A stretch of DNA of 64,000 nucleotides from Zancudomyces culisetae HAW-14-8 (taxonomy: Eukaryota > Fungi > Kickxellomycota). A program made the position numbers and the translations under genes. Where the stretch lies: positions 310,001 to 374,000 of the forward strand of contig JBNJNM010000009.1 in NCBI GenBank assembly GCA_052426225.1. Direction: 5' to 3'. The notes beneath the pieces are model-generated. The model did no database searches. It worked only from the letters and a program-made list of their open reading frames with translations, and was not told the origin of the DNA. Position 1 is the stretch's first letter. Each line of letters opens with the position of its first letter. Below are positions 63,289-64,000 of the stretch, in pieces.

Positions 63289-63870
63289 TTAGCATGTAGA
63301 AACGGTGGTAGTAGTAAAAATTGTGGTTTTGATGGTAGATGTGACCAAATTCGTAGCTCCGCTTGTCTTTCCATTTGCGGAGGTCACGTATACTGTATTT
63401 TCCCTAGTTACGTATAAAGGCTTTGTGATAGTTGTTGGCCGCGGGCATAAAGCCGTAACATGAATTGTTGATGAAACAACACGTTCAGTTACCCATGTGG
63501 AATAAATTGTTTGAAAAATTGGTTGGAAAAAGCCAAACAAGCCTCGATTCGAAACAGACTGTGGAGCCTGTGGAGCCTGGGTAACTGTGCGCCTCGTGGT
63601 CACGATTCTACTTTCTAGGTTGATATTGCTTTCTACATTCTGAGATTTAGCTTTGTTCTTGAGTTTCTTATAAATGTTAAAAGATTTGGGTTTCTGTGCA
63701 TTATTATCCCCAGGAATATTTCGTATTTTGTCGTCCTTTACGGCTCTTTCTTTGAGGATTGTCAAATTTTTGTCGTATATTTCGTCATTCCTACCGCTGA
63801 ATTGCGTTGTACACACTGTTGTTATAAAAAAAAGTGCGATGTATATGAGTGTTTTGGGGTCGAATTTCAT
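63289..63870 (-). CDS. small secreted Thr/Val-rich protein
   Basis: Signal-peptide-like N-terminus, basic pro-like region, Thr-rich C-half with two Cys. Confidence 0.7.
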   Translation of the reverse strand: MKFDPKTLIYIALFFITTVCTTQFSGRNDEIYDKNLTILKERAVKDDKIRNIPGDNNAQKPKSFNIYKKLKNKAKSQNVESNINLESRIVTTRRTVTQAPQAPQSVSNRGLFGFFQPIFQTIYSTWVTERVVSSTIHVTALCPRPTTITKPLYVTRENTVYVTSANGKTSGATNLVTSTIKTTIFTTTTVSTC

Positions 63871-64000
63871 TTTATGCTTATCTATTAGTATATGAAAGAA
63901 AAAGTATGTTGGTATTTGATCAATTCCATTAAAGGATTTTTCTTCAAGATATACAAGGTTGGCTTTGCCTCAAATTATTTTTTTTTTGCAACCATTTTTT

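Noticed and set aside
1-64000. Selenoprotein or UGA read-through genes (some early-diverging fungi use Sec)
   Set aside because: No recognisable protein here is interrupted by an in-frame TGA at a Cys-equivalent site; no tRNA-Sec seen

Overview
AT-rich, intron-bearing eukaryotic (fungal) genomic DNA. Short GT-AG introns with CTAAC-type branch points, the gene content and the many hexamer microsatellites are consistent with an early-diverging fungus, possibly an insect-gut Harpellales/Zoopagomycota species (inference only). About 22 protein-coding genes, mostly housekeeping: partial SDS23 CBS protein, TFB1M/KsgA-type rRNA dimethylase, Yop1, UPF0014/FetB-STAR2 permease, AAGAB/Irc6, Bfr1, HisRS, aquaglyceroporin, RPL27, NIPA Mg transporter, GH20 hexosaminidase, CNT nucleoside transporter, RRM protein, ChAPs exomer adaptor, Dcc1, M28 peptidase, DUF3605/GIG1, HAL/NPR kinase and several orphans. 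No tRNA, rRNA, CRISPR array or recognisable transposon. The most intriguing non-coding signal is an intergenic element at about 20.85-21.2 kb: telomere-type CCCTAA/CACTAA repeats followed by a possible pseudoknot, a multi-branched stem domain and a terminal hairpin. This is either a telomerase-RNA-like candidate or an interstitial telomere. Other observations: a kb-scale purine/pyrimidine sawtooth that ignores gene boundaries, a possible decayed GH20 paralog, a possible recursive splice site, and an ER-phagy-receptor-like orphan. All splice models and pairings were derived by eye.
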